Part shown: one piece after another, positions 25,843 through 28,643 of the stretch
Position numbering within the stretch: position 1 is the first letter of the stretch
Layout of the letters: each line of letters opens with the position of its first letter
Source: an uncultured Alphaproteobacteria bacterium
GTDB taxonomy: Bacteria; Pseudomonadota; Alphaproteobacteria; Geminicoccales; Geminicoccaceae
DNA: 28,643 nt
Assembly (NCBI GenBank): GCA_963756905.1
Contig: CAVWPO010000023.1
Span: 1-28,643 of the forward strand
Reading direction: 5' to 3'
Made by a program: the position numbers and the translations under genes
The notes under the pieces: model-generated
Seen by the model: the letters and a program-made list of their open reading frames with translations, nothing else
Database searches by the model: none
Told to the model about the DNA's origin: nothing

Positions 25843-26399
25843 TCAATCGCGTCGACATCACTGGCGACAACAGTGCGACTTTCTCGATCAGCTTCGTGCA
25901 AACCGCCGCCGGCACCCAGAGCAACGTCCGCGAGAAGAGCGTCGCCAGGATCTTCACGGCGCTCAACCTCTCGCACCGCTTTCGCTGGGAGATCATCGAC
26001 CCCTACAAGGACGCCGATCGCCTCCGGGACTTCGTCGAGCACCGGGCGCGGGCGCTCGAGGGCGACGGGCGCAGCGGCGCCGGCAATGGCGGCACCGGCC
26101 TCGCGACCGTCTGGGAAGCGATCAAGCTCCTCGAGATCGAGTCGCGCAACCGCGGGGTCAACGATCAGGATGCGTTGCCGGCCGACTTCGGCCCGGGTGC
26201 GCAAGCGCGGGTGAGCGCGATGTTCGACCACTGGCAGACGATGCGCCAGCGCCTGCAGGATGCGGCCCAGGCCGGCGACGTCCCGGCCTTCGCGGCCGTC
26301 CTCAAGGAGCTCAATTCGGTCAATGTCGAGTTCATTTCCCTGGCCGCCAAGCGCCTGGGCGAACTGGTCCAGGCCGACGCAACTCAGCGCGAGAAGTGA
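25839..26399 (+). CDS. hypothetical protein, either the partner of the TIR gene or its displaced C-terminal domain
   Basis: 186-aa ORF with a GTG start overlapping the TIR ORF stop (GTGA). The sequence is protein-like, with a helical-looking C-terminus (VSAMFDHWQTMRQRLQDAAQAGDVPAFAAVLKELNSVNVEFISLAAKRLGELV). No recognisable motif and no SD of its own. Confidence 0.55.
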   Translation: MINRVDITGDNSATFSISFVQTAAGTQSNVREKSVARIFTALNLSHRFRWEIIDPYKDADRLRDFVEHRARALEGDGRSGAGNGGTGLATVWEAIKLLEIESRNRGVNDQDALPADFGPGAQARVSAMFDHWQTMRQRLQDAAQAGDVPAFAAVLKELNSVNVEFISLAAKRLGELVQADATQREK

Positions 26400-26423
26400 G
26401 CGGCGGTTGCGGCGATCGCGGAG

Positions 26424-27146
26424 CTATCCGGCCCGCTCGGCGCGGCGCGCCGCCGCCATCGCGGCGAGCGTCGGGAAGCGGAAGTCGGGGTGAACCTCGG
26501 TGTCCGGCCGGTGGGTGGCGCCATGGCCCGCCTGGCCCGCCCGCCGGTGGATCCAGCAGGTGGCGAGGCCGATGCGCTTGGCCGGCACGTGGTCGTGGTA
26601 GAGCGATTCCGCGGTGTGCAGGATCTGCTCGCGGGCGATGCCCTGCTCGGCGAGCCTGGCCAGCAGGTACTCGAAATTGCGCGGGTCGGGCTTGTAGGAG
26701 CCGATGTCCTGGGCGGTGTAGACGGCATCGAACGCGACCCCGAGCTTGCGTTGGCTGTGGGCGAATGAGGCCCGGTCGACGTTCGAGAGGATCACGAGGC
26801 GATAGTCCCGCTTGAGATCGGCGAGCGCCCCGGCGCTGTCCGGAAAGGCGGGCCAGTCCTCGATCGAGGCGCCGAACGCCTGCGCCGCTCCGGGGTCGGG
26901 GGCGACGCCGAAGTGCGCCGCGATCGCGCCATGGACCCGGCTCAGGAGCTCGGGATAGAGCAGCCCCGGGGTCGCCGCCTGCTGCGGCGCTTCGGCTTGC
27001 GCGAAGGCCGCCAGGATCTGCTCGCGGCTCGCTCCGACGCCCGCCCGCTCGAGCCAGGGCTGAAGCGCCTGCACGATGCCGCTCTCCCAGTCGATCAGCG
27101 TGCCGTAGCAATCGAAGGTCAGGACCGAATAGTCGGAAAGCCGCAT
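26424..27146 (-). CDS. HAD-superfamily hydrolase, haloacid dehalogenase type II-like
   Basis: Track ORF 26424..27335 trimmed to ATG 27146, preceded by GGGGAGGGGA. Motif I is LTFDCYGTLIDWE. Also present are VILSNVD and YKPDPRNFEY, typical of this family. Confidence 0.85.
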   Translation of the reverse strand: MRLSDYSVLTFDCYGTLIDWESGIVQALQPWLERAGVGASREQILAAFAQAEAPQQAATPGLLYPELLSRVHGAIAAHFGVAPDPGAAQAFGASIEDWPAFPDSAGALADLKRDYRLVILSNVDRASFAHSQRKLGVAFDAVYTAQDIGSYKPDPRNFEYLLARLAEQGIAREQILHTAESLYHDHVPAKRIGLATCWIHRRAGQAGHGATHRPDTEVHPDFRFPTLAAMAAARRAERAG

Positions 27147-27422
27147 GCCGTCCCCTCCCCGCGTCCGACGGTTGCCGCGCCCGGGCGCTGCCGTCGTCCC
27201 ATGCTCGAAGCCCGATCCTAACGCCGGCGATGCGGATCGCACCACCGCCCACCCTCGCGGCCTGGCAGCGCATCCGAGGTCCCGCAGGTTCGATTCCGGG
27301 TTGCCGGCAGGCGCGCGTGGCGTTAGCATGTTCATGTTTTGTTCATGATACGATCGGCACCCGTCCGGCGAAGCCGCCCGTTGCGGTCGCCTGTGCGATG
27401 CACAAATTAGGGAGGCTCCCCG

Positions 27423-28643
27423 ATGTCACGGGTCCTGGAGCGAGGCTTGGCAGGCGAGGCGATCATGCTCACGACGGCTTATCGTCCGGAGATCAGCCGG
27501 ATCACCGACTGGCTGGTCGAGCAGGGCCTGCTCCGGCTCAGCTTCGAGAGCCTGGTCGAGGGCTTCTGCGAGCGCCTCGTGGCGCTGGACGTGCCGATCT
27601 GGCGCGGCTACGTCAGCGCCCAGACCCTGCACCCCCGCTTTCGCGGCATGGGCGCCTCCTGGCACCCCGACCGGGGCATCAGCACCGACGTCTACATCCA
27701 CAGGCTGACCCCGGCGGAGGGCTATCTCTCGAGCCCGTTCAAGCGCATGGTCGACCTCGGCGTCAACGATCTGCGGGTGCGCCTGGACGGCAACGAGCCG
27801 ATCGAGTTCCCGCTGCTCGAGGAATTCCGCCAGGACGGCGCCACCGACTATCTCGCCCAGCGCACCTGGTTCGGGGTCAACGGCAGCCTCGACGACAAGA
27901 CCGGCCTGATCTCGTCCTGGACCACCAGGCGGCCGGGCGGCTTCACCGAGGGCGACCTCGCGGCGCTCAAGCACCTGATGCCGCGCCTGGCGCTGGCGCT
28001 GCAGGCGCGGCTTGGCTACGACATCGCGGTCAACCTGCTCGACACCTACGTCGGCCCCGAGGCGGGCCGGCGGATCCTGAACGGCGAGATCCGGCGCGGC
28101 ATGCTCGAGGTGATCGGGGCGGTGATCTTCTACGCCGACCTGCGCGGCTTCACGGCCAGCACCGATCGCCTCGCGCGCGACCGCGTGGTCGACATGCTGA
28201 ACGCCTACTTCGACTGCCTGGTGCCGAACATCGACGCCTTCGGCGGCCAGGTGCTGAAGTTCCTGGGCGACGGGCTGCTCGCGACCTTCCCGCTCGACGG
28301 CCGCCCGGCCGCCGAGGTCTGCGAGCTGGCGCTCGATGCCGCGGCCAAGACGCTGGGCGAGGTGCGGGCGCTGAGCGCCGAGCGCGCGCGGGCGCAGCAG
28401 CCGATCATGGACCTCGACCTGGTCCTGCACCTGGGCGATGTCTACTACGGCAACGTCGGCAGCACCGACCGGCTCGACTTCACCGTGATCGGCCCGGCGG
28501 TCAACGAGGCGGCGCGGATCGAGGCGCTGTGCGGCCAGCACGACCGCAACCTCTTGATCTCCGAAGCCTTCGCGCGCGCCGCCAGCCAGTCCGCCGACCG
28601 CCTGGTCTCGATCGGCCGCTTCGCGCTCCGCGGCGTGCGCACC
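27423..28643 (+). CDS. class III adenylate/guanylate cyclase domain protein, 3' end outside window
   Basis: Not in the ORF track because it is open to the window end (407 codons, in frame to 28643). ATG 27423 lies 6 nt after GGGAGG. My own translation gives AVIFYADLRGFTAST, KFLGDGLLATFP, LHLGDVYYGNVGS and DFTVIGPAVNEAARIE, the class III cyclase catalytic motifs. These follow a ~210-aa N-terminal region that I do not recognise. Confidence 0.85.
   Translation, partial: MSRVLERGLAGEAIMLTTAYRPEISRITDWLVEQGLLRLSFESLVEGFCERLVALDVPIWRGYVSAQTLHPRFRGMGASWHPDRGISTDVYIHRLTPAEGYLSSPFKRMVDLGVNDLRVRLDGNEPIEFPLLEEFRQDGATDYLAQRTWFGVNGSLDDKTGLISSWTTRRPGGFTEGDLAALKHLMPRLALALQARLGYDIAVNLLDTYVGPEAGRRILNGEIRRGMLEVIGAVIFYADLRGFTASTDRLARDRVVDMLNAYFDCLVPNIDAFGGQVLKFLGDGLLATFPLDGRPAAEVCELALDAAAKTLGEVRALSAERARAQQPIMDLDLVLHLGDVYYGNVGSTDRLDFTVIGPAVNEAARIEALCGQHDRNLLISEAFARAASQSADRLVSIGRFALRGVRT

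Noticed and set aside
27426-28541. 371-aa minus-strand ORF
   Set aside because: It is the shadow of the + strand class III cyclase gene, whose catalytic motifs are unambiguous.

Overview
This is a high-GC (about 70% in hand spot counts), proteobacterial-type chromosomal segment, densely coding on both strands.

Gene order, left to right:
- a small acidic hypothetical protein
- a hydantoinase/oxoprolinase A+B pair
- a secreted hypothetical protein
- a degenerate receiver-like protein
- ribB, with a degenerate GTP-cyclohydrolase-II-like tail
- a liv-type (HAAT) ABC importer operon, livH-livM-livG-livF, lying directly upstream of ribB on the minus strand. Its substrate-binding-protein gene sits behind an 874-bp repeat-rich gap and is frameshifted.
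- a vapBC toxin-antitoxin pair
- a two-gene dehydrogenase operon
- a Cys-type sulfatase
- one DMT and two MFS transporters
- an MBL-fold hydrolase
- an HSL-family esterase

The accessory-looking part follows: a stand-alone RyR-domain protein, a secreted beta-propeller protein, and a visibly lower-GC ~1.8-kb islet. The islet encodes a TIR-domain protein and an uncharacterised downstream ORF. Together these read like one ~500-aa frame broken twice.

The window ends with a type II HAD hydrolase and a 3'-truncated class III adenylate/guanylate cyclase that the ORF track misses.

I saw no rRNA, tRNA, CRISPR array, transposase or integrase. Most long track ORFs antisense to these genes are GC-driven shadow ORFs.

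The best candidate for an undescribed system is the TIR islet (24.6-26.4 kb), possibly together with the nearby RyR protein. Several frame anomalies mean that either pseudogenisation or assembly indels must be excluded before the biology is interpreted.
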